From: an uncultured Candidatus Woesearchaeota archaeon
GTDB taxonomy: Archaea; Nanobdellota; Nanobdellia; Woesearchaeales; DSVV01
Direction: 5' to 3'
DNA length: 64,000 nucleotides
Assembly (NCBI GenBank): GCA_963717515.1
Contig: OY970338.1
Span: 1,595,593 to 1,659,592, forward strand
Shown here in pieces: positions 28,382 through 37,750 of the stretch. Each line of letters opens with the position of its first letter. Within the stretch, counting starts at the first letter, position 1. The position numbers and the translations under genes were made by a program. The notes under the pieces were generated by a model. That model made no database searches and was not told the DNA's origin. It saw only the letters and a program-made list of their open reading frames with translations.

Positions 28382-30038
28382 CTTTGCCCTCCAGGTGATG
28401 CTTGTATATGCTGCAGTGCCTGCATATCTCAATCTTGTCAAGGCAGGGTTCGCTCGAACCTTTCCTGCAGTGGGTCCCCATGTAGAGCCAGCATCTCTTG
28501 TCGGCGGACTGGTAAGCGGGGCATTTGACTTTCACGCAGTTCCTCTCTTCCCAGCATTTTGCAAGCTCCTCCTCTGTTATCGGGTGCTTGGGCAGGGCAA
28601 AGCTCACTGTCGTACCCTTGTGCAGCCTGCTCCTGACGCTGATGAGCCCGTAATGGAGACCGATTATCTCCTTGACAATCGCAAGTCCGAGGCCAGTCCC
28701 TCCCTGGTTCCTGGTGAGATGGCTCTCCACCTGGTAGAACTTGTTGAACAGGCTTGATATCTCCCTCTTGGGTATGCCTATGCCTGTGTCAGTGACGTCT
28801 ACCTGGATGTAGCCTGCCTTGTTTGTCGCCTTTATCGTGATCTTGCCGCCGGGCTTCGTGAATTTCGTCGAATTGGATATGAGGTTGTTGAACACCTGAA
28901 TGATCTTTGGCTTGTCGATAAGGATCTTCGGGAGGTTGGTTGGAATCAGCCTGCTGACAGTGATGCCTTTGTTCTTTGCGACTCCTATCATTATGCATTC
29001 ATCGACACATTCACTTATTTCTGTGAGCGTGAAGACTGTCTTTGCCCTGCCGGTCTCAAGCTTGGATAGGTCCAGGATGTCATTTATCAGGTCTGCAAGC
29101 CTGTCAGATTCCTTGTTGATTATGTCGACTGATTTCTTCTGCCGGTCATTGAGCGGTCCCATCTTGAAATCTGCAAGGAGCGCGGCATATCCCTTGATGC
29201 TGGTCAGGGGAGTCCTGAGCTCGTGCGAAACTGTGCTTACGAAATCTGACTTCATCTCATCAAGCTCCTTGAGCTTGGTTATGTCCTCTATGACGACGAC
29301 AGTGCCGATTATCATGTTGCTCTCATTCATCAGCGGCGCGATATTGGCCTTGAGGACCTTGTCAACTGGCCTAGAAGGCCTGAGTTCTCTTACCTTTGTC
29401 TCTGATCTTCTCACAGGAAGCATGTTGTCTTTTATCTCAGGGAATTCCTCGAAGAGTGTCTCCATCTTGTGGTTCTTCAGCAGATTCACGATATGCTTGC
29501 CGAGTAGCTTCGATTCGTCTCTTTCAAACAGCCTCTCGGCCGCAGGATTGAACAGGACTATCCTGTGGCTGTTGTCGGTCACGATGACGCTATCTGCCAT
29601 GCTGTCGATGATGAGCTCAGCCTTCTGCTTCTCCACAGAGGCGATGTCTGAATATCTTGTTCTCTCATCATGCGACCTCTTGAGGTTGGCTGTCATGCTG
29701 TTGAATGAATCCACGAGCCTTCCTATCTCGTCAGTGCTCTTCTTCCTTATCTTATGGTCGAGCCTTCCGTTTGCGACGAGCTGAGTCCCGATTATCAGCT
29801 CATCCACAGGACCTATCACATGCAGTGAGAAAAGGATGATTGCACCGAATGCAACAAGAAAAGTAGCGCTCATCATCGCGAGCGTCTGTCTCCAGACATT
29901 TTGGGATGCAGCAGGGTCGTCAGTAGTCTTATTGCTGTACCATCCTATGCTATAGCCGATAATCCCAGAAGTGACCAGGACTAGCAATATCGTAAAAAGT
30001 ATTATCTTAATCTTTATGCTTAGCCCCATTTTTACCAT
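28371..30038 (-). CDS. Sensor histidine kinase (2 TM, HAMP, PAS, HisKA, HATPase_c) with C-terminal 9-Cys tail
   Basis: H-box SHELRTPL plus ATPase blocks. About 60 aa after the ATPase domain reads CWEERNCVKVKCPAYQSADKRCWLYMGTHCRKGSSEPCLDKIEICRHCSIY. Confidence 0.85.
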   Translation of the reverse strand: MVKMGLSIKIKIILFTILLVLVTSGIIGYSIGWYSNKTTDDPAASQNVWRQTLAMMSATFLVAFGAIILFSLHVIGPVDELIIGTQLVANGRLDHKIRKKSTDEIGRLVDSFNSMTANLKRSHDERTRYSDIASVEKQKAELIIDSMADSVIVTDNSHRIVLFNPAAERLFERDESKLLGKHIVNLLKNHKMETLFEEFPEIKDNMLPVRRSETKVRELRPSRPVDKVLKANIAPLMNESNMIIGTVVVIEDITKLKELDEMKSDFVSTVSHELRTPLTSIKGYAALLADFKMGPLNDRQKKSVDIINKESDRLADLINDILDLSKLETGRAKTVFTLTEISECVDECIMIGVAKNKGITVSRLIPTNLPKILIDKPKIIQVFNNLISNSTKFTKPGGKITIKATNKAGYIQVDVTDTGIGIPKREISSLFNKFYQVESHLTRNQGGTGLGLAIVKEIIGLHYGLISVRSRLHKGTTVSFALPKHPITEEELAKCWEERNCVKVKCPAYQSADKRCWLYMGTHCRKGSSEPCLDKIEICRHCSIYKHHLEGKDEE

Positions 30039-30222
30039 GACAGAAAAATTCCCTGCTATGACTCGAACTTCCCCTTGACCTTGTACTTATCAGAGCTGAG
30101 TATGTCGCTGAATTCATCCTCTTTCGGGATTGTCTTGTCCTTTTTCCTGTATATGGTGTACGTCCTGTATAGCCAGATCATGAACAGCCCGATGGATATC
30201 GCATATAGTATCTCCGCCTCAT

Positions 30223-31254
30223 TCATCCTTTTACCTCCAGATGTGACAGCACATCTTTCACTTTCAGTTTCTTCTTATGGATATCACCGCTTTTTATTGT
30301 CCTTACAGCCAGCTCAAGCCTGTCCTTTGCCTTGTCCTCCCCTGACAGGAAAGGTACCATCCTCTCGAATGCCTGCCTTACCTCTTCGGCAGCATTATCA
30401 TCCCCTGTGATCATGACAAAATCATCCTTGAGCGTATGGCCTATGAAAAATTCATCCGAGCCCTTGAACAGGTCGGATATCATCCTTGAGAATAGGATCA
30501 CAGCATTCTCTGCCTTCCTGTAGCCGTGCCTTTTGCTGTACTGCTCAAAGTTCATCATCCTGAGATTGGATACTGAAAACGGCATCCCTTCCTCCATCCA
30601 CCTGCCGAGGCTTTCCTTGATACCCTGGATTCCAGGAAATTTTGTAAGGGGGTGAGTGTCCAGGTCCTTGCCAGAACGCCTTACTACTGACTCCACGCGG
30701 GCCTCAAGCTCCATCGGGTCGAAAGGTTTTGTTATGTAATCGTCTGCACCTATCTGCAGCCCCCTCAGCTTGTCGTCTATCTCACCCTTTGCCGAAAGTA
30801 TTATGATAGGGATATGTCTCGTCAGGGCATTATCCTTGAGCTTCTGGCAGATCTCATAACCGTTTATGCCTGGCATCATCAGGTCGAGTATTATCAGGTC
30901 AGGCGATTCTGAATAGATCTTCTCAAGGGCGTCGATTCCGGAATAGGCCTTGAGGATGCTGAATTTTTCAGGTATCAGGCTCAGGGAGACAAGCTCGACG
31001 ATATGTGGCTCATCATCGACAATGAGTATCGTCGGTCTCTGGCTCTTCCTGTTAATGCTCCAGAGCTTGGCCTGGGCAACGTCCTCATAATCAATCATGT
31101 TATGGGCCTTCATAATCTCAAGGTATTTTGAGACAGTGACCCTGTTATGCCCTATCTTCTTCGCAATCTCGCTTGATGATGCACCTATCCTTGAGGTCTC
31201 CAGCATCTCTATTATCTTTGATTTTATCTCTGTGTTGAGGTTTTCCATTGTCAA
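30223..31254 (-). CDS. Response regulator with N-terminal wHTH, REC domain and degenerate GGDEF-like output domain
   Basis: wHTH (SSSEIAKKIGHNRVTVSKYL), REC (ILIVDDEPH, DLMMPG, LSAK), and a C-terminal domain that aligns to GGDEF with GGEEF replaced by LKDDF. Confidence 0.7.
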   Translation of the reverse strand: MTMENLNTEIKSKIIEMLETSRIGASSSEIAKKIGHNRVTVSKYLEIMKAHNMIDYEDVAQAKLWSINRKSQRPTILIVDDEPHIVELVSLSLIPEKFSILKAYSGIDALEKIYSESPDLIILDLMMPGINGYEICQKLKDNALTRHIPIIILSAKGEIDDKLRGLQIGADDYITKPFDPMELEARVESVVRRSGKDLDTHPLTKFPGIQGIKESLGRWMEEGMPFSVSNLRMMNFEQYSKRHGYRKAENAVILFSRMISDLFKGSDEFFIGHTLKDDFVMITGDDNAAEEVRQAFERMVPFLSGEDKAKDRLELAVRTIKSGDIHKKKLKVKDVLSHLEVKG

Positions 31255-31346
31255 GGACTATCATGTGTCATATATATAGTTTATGGTATTGCTTATCATA
31301 ACCAGCCAATAGAAATGCATAACAAAAAAAATGGAATACAAATGCC

Positions 31347-31541
31347 TTAGCTTGCCATGTTGTAGCCATTCATGAAGCCTGCATCCTCTGCGGACATATC
31401 ATCATCGTCTACCAAAGAATCGGCAACACTTTCAACATAGATGTCATCGTCCGAAACAAGGAAATAATCCTCCTCATAGTATGCATTCTTATCTTCTTCT
31501 TTGCTAATTTTCATCACCGCCTTCCTAGCTTGCTGAGCCAA
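31347..31541 (-). CDS. Small highly acidic protein (64 aa)
   Basis: Overlaps the upstream CheY-like gene by 17 nt (operonic). C-terminal D/E-rich tail. Confidence 0.35.
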   Translation of the reverse strand: MAQQARKAVMKISKEEDKNAYYEEDYFLVSDDDIYVESVADSLVDDDDMSAEDAGFMNGYNMAS

Positions 31542-31944
31542 GATTAAGCTTTATCCTTCTTTCAAGCTCCATCGGATCGAAGGGCTTTGTTATGTAATCA
31601 TCCGCACCCACGTCGATTGCATGCAGCTTGTCATTCATCTGCCCCTTTGCAGAAAGGATGATAATAGGGACATGCTTGGTCTTCGTGTTCTCCCTAAGTG
31701 CCTGGCAAAGCTCATACCCGTTGACACCTGGCATCATGATGTCGACGATAATCACATCAGGCAATTCGCTGTCGACAATCCTTAGGGCTTCCCTTGCGGA
31801 ATATGCGCCAGAGACCCTGTACCTGCTCTTGTCAAGGCTCAGCTTGACCAGGTTCACGATATGCGGCTCATCATCCACAATCAGGATGTTCTTTGTCTCT
31901 ACGACTGGTTCGACCATCACTTCCTTTTCCATCAAATCTTGCAT
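31525..31944 (-). CDS. Response regulator, receiver domain only (CheY-like)
   Basis: ILIVDDEPH, DIMMPG and LSAK. Confidence 0.8.
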   Translation of the reverse strand: MQDLMEKEVMVEPVVETKNILIVDDEPHIVNLVKLSLDKSRYRVSGAYSAREALRIVDSELPDVIIVDIMMPGVNGYELCQALRENTKTKHVPIIILSAKGQMNDKLHAIDVGADDYITKPFDPMELERRIKLNLGSAS

Positions 31945-32073
31945 TTTTCCACCCCTGCTCGTTTAACTGATATACAGTTCTGCTAATCACAATGGTTAAA
32001 CTTATATATAAATCTTTTGTTTGTATATATCATAGAAGGTAAAATTTATAAAAGTAATTATCAAGAAGTGGAA

Positions 32074-33153
32074 TCAGACTTTCTCAATCACTATCCTGTT
32101 CTTGTCAGTCCTGATGATTATCTCATCATTCTCTGAAAACCTGGCAAGGTTAGTCGCTATCTCCGGAAGCAGTATCCTGTTTCCCCTGAGGTCGATGTTT
32201 GTAAGGATCTCCTTCTGCCCGTTGGCATCAGGGATACCAAGATCCTCCAGGATGTTCTCGCTCTTCACTTCGGTCCCGGATTCCTTCATCTCTCTGGTCT
32301 TCTTGAAGAGATATTTGGCTATATGGGTAGCGACATCGATGCCTGTCGCCTTCTTTATTCCCTGCAGGCCGGGAGAAAGGTTAAGCTCAATCACAATAGG
32401 TCCTTTGGGTCCATGGAGCAGGTCCACTCCGCAGATGTCAGCACCCATGGCCTTGGCAGCCTTGACAGCTATCCTCTTTGTGTGGGTGTCAAGCGTGACA
32501 GCCTCTCCTATCCCTCCTACATGGATGTTCGCCCTCTTCTCCCCATAGACAGCGATCCTCTGCATGGCGGCGACAACCTTGTCGCCGACGACAATCGCCC
32601 TGATGTCTGTCGAGCCTGTCTCAACATATTCCTGGATAATGAATGGCTGCTTAAGGGTCTGGAGCGCGTCAAGAAGAGACGATGCTGCGCCGAAAGAGTC
32701 AGCGAACATGACGCCCTTGCCCTGGGTCCCTTCCGGGAATTTCATGACAATGGGATAATTGAGCCTTTCAAGGAGCTTCTTTGCAGCTGCTGGCGTGGGT
32801 GTCAGATATGTCATGGGCATCGGGATGTCGCTCTGCTGAAGGACAAGATGGGTAAGGAGCTTGTTGTGCACAATGGTGAAAGCATTGTCCTTGATAGGCA
32901 TGTATGCATTCTCGCTCAGGTAGCTTGTCACAGCCCTGAGGAGCGCACCGTACCTGTAAGAGCCCTTTGCATAGACACAGTCATATCTTTTGAACGGCTT
33001 TCCCTCATATATCAGGTAGGCGTCCTTTTTTGCGCCGATGTTAATCTCGACCTTCCTTATGTCGAGGTTGTCGACTTTCTCAAAATGATTCTTCATAGCA
33101 TCCGCTGTCCATCTTGAGCTGACGCTTCCAAGGCTGATTATTGCTGCATTCAT
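32074..33153 (-). CDS. RimK-family ATP-grasp alpha-L-glutamate ligase-like protein
   Basis: ATP-grasp blocks (YPIVMKFPEGTQGKGV, IIQEYV, GVDLL, IELNLSPG). C-terminal extension of about 80 aa. Confidence 0.8.
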   Translation of the reverse strand: MNAAIISLGSVSSRWTADAMKNHFEKVDNLDIRKVEINIGAKKDAYLIYEGKPFKRYDCVYAKGSYRYGALLRAVTSYLSENAYMPIKDNAFTIVHNKLLTHLVLQQSDIPMPMTYLTPTPAAAKKLLERLNYPIVMKFPEGTQGKGVMFADSFGAASSLLDALQTLKQPFIIQEYVETGSTDIRAIVVGDKVVAAMQRIAVYGEKRANIHVGGIGEAVTLDTHTKRIAVKAAKAMGADICGVDLLHGPKGPIVIELNLSPGLQGIKKATGIDVATHIAKYLFKKTREMKESGTEVKSENILEDLGIPDANGQKEILTNIDLRGNRILLPEIATNLARFSENDEIIIRTDKNRIVIEKV

Positions 33154-33497
33154 ATTGTCCTTTTCCCGGGGTCTATCATAAACCCCTTCTTGAGTATGTT
33201 CCTTCCGATCAGCACAGGGAACTTGAGATTACCCCTGTCTGCAAGGGTGAACCTTCCCTTGACCCTCCGTCCGGCAATGTCTATCTCAAGGTTGACGACA
33301 TGCCTTTCAGTCCTGCCCATGGCTGACTTGACTATGGTCTTGAGCCTCCCCGGCTTTATTCCGAGAGCCTCTGCGAATTTGACATCGATCGAATTTGATT
33401 TCGCCCCTGTGTCTATCCTGGCCTTCGAATCTGTGACAACATCCTTACCGTAGACAGTCACCTTCTCTGTCAGCCCCACAACTGTCCTTGTCTTCAT
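33150..33497 (-). CDS. Retropepsin-like putative ATP-dependent zinc protease (DUF785/Zn_protease family), RimK-associated
   Basis: 115 aa with the IDTGA aspartic-protease-like motif (ARIDTGAKSNSI). 4-nt overlap with the RimK gene. Confidence 0.65.
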   Translation of the reverse strand: MKTRTVVGLTEKVTVYGKDVVTDSKARIDTGAKSNSIDVKFAEALGIKPGRLKTIVKSAMGRTERHVVNLEIDIAGRRVKGRFTLADRGNLKFPVLIGRNILKKGFMIDPGKRTI

Positions 33498-33588
33498 ATC
33501 CCTCCGTTGAATAATGCTTCCTATTTAAAGTTATTGGATGCAGGTCCAGGACAAAAATTTATATATCAGTTTGTATACTAAATAGTAT

Positions 33589-33876
33589 ATGGATATGCGA
33601 AAACCTATGACAACCGCTGAAGTCAGGCTATTCAAGCAGGCTGTCATCAAGGAGTACCAGCTCAAGAATGAGAAGCATGTCAAGAGATCAGGATTCAATG
33701 ATTTCATCGACCAGCTCCGCTCGCTCATTCCGCTGAACATAATGCTGGGAATAATCTCAAGCATACTCCTCATAATGCTTACAGACTGGAAGACCCTGTT
33801 CGACCTGATACTATCAGGAGTTATCTGGATAACTATCATATCCACTGCGCTTTCTGCCCTTTCAAAAGTCCGGTGA
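33589..33876 (+). CDS. Hypothetical small membrane protein
   Basis: ORF of 95 aa with two predicted TM helices. Confidence 0.35.
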   Translation: MDMRKPMTTAEVRLFKQAVIKEYQLKNEKHVKRSGFNDFIDQLRSLIPLNIMLGIISSILLIMLTDWKTLFDLILSGVIWITIISTALSALSKVR

Positions 33877-33877
33877 A

Positions 33878-35440
33878 TCAGATCTTTGAGAATATCTCTG
33901 CTGCTCTTTCCCTGCCGATAGTGAGGACGAATCCAGCGAGCTTCGGGCCTTTCTTCTTTGCAATCAGGATTTGATAAGCTGTCTCGAAGAATTCAGCAGG
34001 CTCAAGACCTGACTCCTTTGCAATGTCATAGAATCTTGCAGTGAGCCCTTTTTCATCCCAGTCTTTTTCGAGCAGCTCTCCTGAGAGTTTCATGAACAAT
34101 GCTTTCATTTTTTTTGGGAGGTCCATCTTCCCAGGCATCCTTATGGTAAACCTGAAATCTTCCGGCGCATATCTCTCTAACCAGTTCCTCGCGCAACCTG
34201 CCCTCCTGAGCAGCCTCTGCTTATCCTGCTTTTTTTTCAGGCTGTAAAAGCTTGCTACCCTGTCCATATCGTAAGAATATGCAAGTATAACATTTGTGAG
34301 ATGGCGGAATGACGGCTGGAAAGGCATCTCACCAGGCACAATGCCTGTGCATGAGAGCTCATATATCCTCTTCAGCTTTGCAAGCTTCTTCTCACCTATA
34401 TCCTCTTTTCCGAAATATGCACGTTCAAGCCTGTCAAAATCCTCATAGAGCTTGATTACGTCGAGGTCGAATGAGATGGAGAACTCTGTGTTGGGCCTTG
34501 CACCAGCGAAAAGGAACCGCACTATCTCAGGCTCATACACCTCGAGCATCTCAGCAAGGGTTATAATGATACCTGCAGAGCTTGAGAACTGACCCCCTCC
34601 CTTGATGCCTATCCATTCAAAAGGGAATCCCACAGGGGGGTCCTCATTCCAGACAGTCTTGAGTATCTCCCTTCCTGACTGGACCGAGCCCCCGGCGGCA
34701 TAATGGTCCTTTCCTGCAGGCTCGCAGTCGACCTTCTCATGATGCCAGCGCATGGGCCAGTCCACCCTCCAGTTGAGCTTGATTATCCCCTTTTTCCTGA
34801 TGTCGAACTCATCAGAATGCCCGCATGAGCAGGAATATCTCACGATGTATCTGCCCTTGTATTCAATCTTCTCAATCGTGTCCTTATGGCACTCTTCACA
34901 GAAGATTGACACAGGCAGCCAGTCCTCGGCAAGCGGCTCTTTCCTGTACCTGTCAAGCACCTGCCTTATCTCACTTGCTTTCTGCAGGCAGAGGTCTATC
35001 TCCTCTGCATAATCGCAGTTCCTGTATCTCTCGCTCTGGCGAATGAATTCAGGGGATATGCCAACTTCCGGGAGGCTCTGCTCAAGTATCTTCTCATTGT
35101 GGTCTGCATACGAGCTGTGGCTGCAGCCTAATGTATCGGGCACCTCGGTGATGGGCATCCGAAGTTGTTTCTCGAGAAGCTCTTTCTCAGGCATGTTCTC
35201 AGGCACCTTGCGGAACACGTCAAAATCATCCCATGAATATATGAATCTTGCTTTCCTGCCCAGGCTCTCAAGGGCCCTTGCCACCAGCTCTGCTGTTATT
35301 ATCTCCCTGAAATTGCCGATATGAATCGTCCCTGATGGCGTGATGCCAGCAGCTACTGTATAGGTTTCCCTGTCACCTTTCTCTTTCAATATCCTCTGCG
35401 CTGCCTGGTCTGCCCAGTGCATGGTGTCTTCTTTTGCCAA
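33878..35440 (-). CDS. lysK: Lysyl-tRNA synthetase, class I
   Basis: HIGH motif in TPSGTIHIGNFREI, a zinc-binding Cys cluster (CEECH...CSCGH), and the KMSKS-like region. 520 aa. Confidence 0.9.
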   Translation of the reverse strand: MAKEDTMHWADQAAQRILKEKGDRETYTVAAGITPSGTIHIGNFREIITAELVARALESLGRKARFIYSWDDFDVFRKVPENMPEKELLEKQLRMPITEVPDTLGCSHSSYADHNEKILEQSLPEVGISPEFIRQSERYRNCDYAEEIDLCLQKASEIRQVLDRYRKEPLAEDWLPVSIFCEECHKDTIEKIEYKGRYIVRYSCSCGHSDEFDIRKKGIIKLNWRVDWPMRWHHEKVDCEPAGKDHYAAGGSVQSGREILKTVWNEDPPVGFPFEWIGIKGGGQFSSSAGIIITLAEMLEVYEPEIVRFLFAGARPNTEFSISFDLDVIKLYEDFDRLERAYFGKEDIGEKKLAKLKRIYELSCTGIVPGEMPFQPSFRHLTNVILAYSYDMDRVASFYSLKKKQDKQRLLRRAGCARNWLERYAPEDFRFTIRMPGKMDLPKKMKALFMKLSGELLEKDWDEKGLTARFYDIAKESGLEPAEFFETAYQILIAKKKGPKLAGFVLTIGRERAAEIFSKI

Positions 35441-35446
35441 TCTGAC

Positions 35447-35929
35447 CTACTTCTTGAGTTCGAGCATGTCGCCGATAGTGAGATTCGCCCCTTCTGCCCT
35501 GAACTTCCTGTCATGCTTTTCCTCGTGCTGTTCGACGAGCTTTATCCTGAGGTGGTTCTCAAGCTTCCTCGCGAGGCTTATCGACGGCATGAACTGGCCC
35601 TGCTCCATCTTCTGGATGAGCGAAGTCCTCTCTGCCATCTTCTTTGCAAGCTCTTCCTGCTTGAGCCCGAGCCTCTCCCTTGCATTCTTTATAATCTCTG
35701 GGAAATCCTCTGCAACAACCTGAACAAGCTCTGATGTCTGACGTTGCACCGGTGCTTTCTCCTGTCCTGTCATCAGTTTATCAGGGACATCTTCCTGCAC
35801 ACGGACTTCGCTTATCACCTTTCCGAATTTTGCGCAGCTCTTGCATATATTGAGCTCTGTCCCTTCAATATCAGTCCTGAAGAGCGGAGCTTCTGTCCCG
35901 CACATCTCACACATTCCCATCAGACTCAC
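35447..35929 (-). CDS. Archaeal multiprotein-bridging factor 1 (aMBF1): zinc ribbon plus HTH-XRE
   Basis: N-terminal C4 ribbon (CEMCG...CKSCAKFG). C-terminal XRE HTH (ARERLGLKQEELAKKMAERTSLIQKME). Confidence 0.75.
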   Translation of the reverse strand: MSLMGMCEMCGTEAPLFRTDIEGTELNICKSCAKFGKVISEVRVQEDVPDKLMTGQEKAPVQRQTSELVQVVAEDFPEIIKNARERLGLKQEELAKKMAERTSLIQKMEQGQFMPSISLARKLENHLRIKLVEQHEEKHDRKFRAEGANLTIGDMLELKK

Positions 35930-36003
35930 CCCCTATGCTGCTGTTGTTATTGGAATGAGGTTTATATATTTTTCTGTGAGATAGTGGGCCTGTAATTTCA
36001 CTC

Positions 36004-36756
36004 ATGCGACTCAAATTTCCTGTGCATGGATCTTTTAATCACCGTTGGATGATGATGAGGGTAGTATTTATATATCGTTTAAGATTACTCTGGGTCATGA
36101 CTGTGGTCCGGGAATTCAGTTCATTGGAAGCTGCAATAATGGAATTTTATGGCAATATACCATTCATTCCGGAGGATTTTGAAGGATCAATATTCAATTC
36201 ATGTCATTCAATGCTTTATGATGGCGATGAAATGATCATCAAGACCTCTTCAGGCAGTAATTCCACAAATGCGCATGTCATTGCACTGGCCGGAGATATT
36301 CTGATGAACAGGGACAAGTATCACAGGGATTTTCCTGACATGTTCCTACCTATCGACCATATCTTCAGCTACGGCCCGTCAGGCAATACACTGGGAGTCA
36401 TACAGAAGAAGTTGAATCTGTTTGATGATATAAGGCATATTGAAACCAAAGATTCAAAAGCTTTTAGAAGAACCTTTGATTCCTATGTCCTGGACATGAT
36501 ACGCAACCTTGACAGGGTGTGGTCGTCTGGAAGATATATCCTACCGGATTTCCAGCTCAAGAACTTGGGGTATATCAAAGTTGACAATGATTTCAAGGTA
36601 TTTGGTTTTGATTATTATCCCACTATCAGCATGGGTTATTCTTACAGGATAAGGATGATGGTGGAAGGGGCAGCGGACATGGGGCTTTTCAGCAATGGTG
36701 ATATCATGCTGAAGAGATTTTCAGAATTCAGGGAGAAATACGGTTTCATGCACTGA
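36004..36756 (+). CDS. Hypothetical protein (start uncertain)
   Basis: ORF of 250 aa. No confident family assignment. Confidence 0.35.
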   Translation: MRLKFPVHGSFNHRWMMMRVVFIYRLRLLWVMTVVREFSSLEAAIMEFYGNIPFIPEDFEGSIFNSCHSMLYDGDEMIIKTSSGSNSTNAHVIALAGDILMNRDKYHRDFPDMFLPIDHIFSYGPSGNTLGVIQKKLNLFDDIRHIETKDSKAFRRTFDSYVLDMIRNLDRVWSSGRYILPDFQLKNLGYIKVDNDFKVFGFDYYPTISMGYSYRIRMMVEGAADMGLFSNGDIMLKRFSEFREKYGFMH

Positions 36757-36757
36757 C

Positions 36758-37675
36758 TTATCCCAATACTGAAAACATCTGCTTAATGGCCTGAGTCGCA
36801 TAGCTGCCTTTTCCCAGCCTGAAACTTATCCTTACCTTCTTTTTGCCTGGGTTGAGCTCATCATCCTCAAGCCTTCCGAGCTCAAGGCCATTGACCTCTG
36901 CAAAGACTTCCCTTTCACCGCCCTCTGCGCTGAGCTCCGGAATCTGTCTTATGATGAAATCCCTCCTGGTGATGCCCTCTTTTTCCAGGATACTGTCCAC
37001 TTCTTCCGACCCTTCTGTGCTGAATCCTATCAATGGCAGCTTTTCCTCTTTTGAGTCCTTCGCCATCTCGTTCCATAGGTATGACTGGTATGAATGGATA
37101 TACAGGAGGAGGATCTTTTTCGGCAGGGTCTTGAGCGCTCCGATGCAGTCATTGGGATGCATGACCACATGCCCCTTGACCTTGTCTTCGTCAATCAGAT
37201 CACATGCTTTTCTGAAATCCTTCATGACGATCGCTTTTCCGATGATGTGATTGTTTTTCTTATTCCCGAATCTCTGGTCATCAAAGAGATTCCTCATCCT
37301 CCTGATCGGTTCCGGCCTCTTATCGATGTTCCGTATGATGATCTCGAATTCATTGCCATCCAATGTGCCCAGGTTCAGCCTCTGGCTTCCCTTACCCAGG
37401 AATTTCAGGCTGATGCCCTCAATCTCAAGGTCCTTTCCAGGGCCTCTTGATATGGAGATGTGCTGCTCGGTCACTGCTGACCTGTCCTTGGTGCCTGCGA
37501 AATTGATGTATCTCGGGCTGACCTTGAACTTTTTTGCAATCCTGTCCACTGCATCGATCGTGTTTAAGCCTTTCTTTTTCAGAAGGTAATAGCTGTACCT
37601 GCCATTTTGCTCGAATTCAAGGCGCATCATCTCCCTGACCAGGAAATCTTCAGGCAGCTGCTTGATCTTGTACAT
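36758..37675 (-). CDS. truD: tRNA pseudouridine(13) synthase TruD-like
   Basis: N-terminal IKQLPEDFLVRE, catalytic block NFAGTKDRSAVTEQ (GxKD), and C-terminal NLFDDQRFG (the NYFG.QRFG motif). Confidence 0.7.
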   Translation of the reverse strand: MYKIKQLPEDFLVREMMRLEFEQNGRYSYYLLKKKGLNTIDAVDRIAKKFKVSPRYINFAGTKDRSAVTEQHISISRGPGKDLEIEGISLKFLGKGSQRLNLGTLDGNEFEIIIRNIDKRPEPIRRMRNLFDDQRFGNKKNNHIIGKAIVMKDFRKACDLIDEDKVKGHVVMHPNDCIGALKTLPKKILLLYIHSYQSYLWNEMAKDSKEEKLPLIGFSTEGSEEVDSILEKEGITRRDFIIRQIPELSAEGGEREVFAEVNGLELGRLEDDELNPGKKKVRISFRLGKGSYATQAIKQMFSVLG

Positions 37676-37750
37676 GGATAAGGGGTTCGGCAGGGATTAT
37701 ATTAAGATTTCCAAAAAACTTAAAAACCGCGTCAAAATCCAGTGTATATA

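Noticed and set aside
28900-29784. 294-aa plus-strand ORF inside the histidine kinase gene
   Set aside because: It is an antisense shadow ORF (Ser/Leu-rich), whereas the kinase on the other strand has complete H-box and ATPase motifs.
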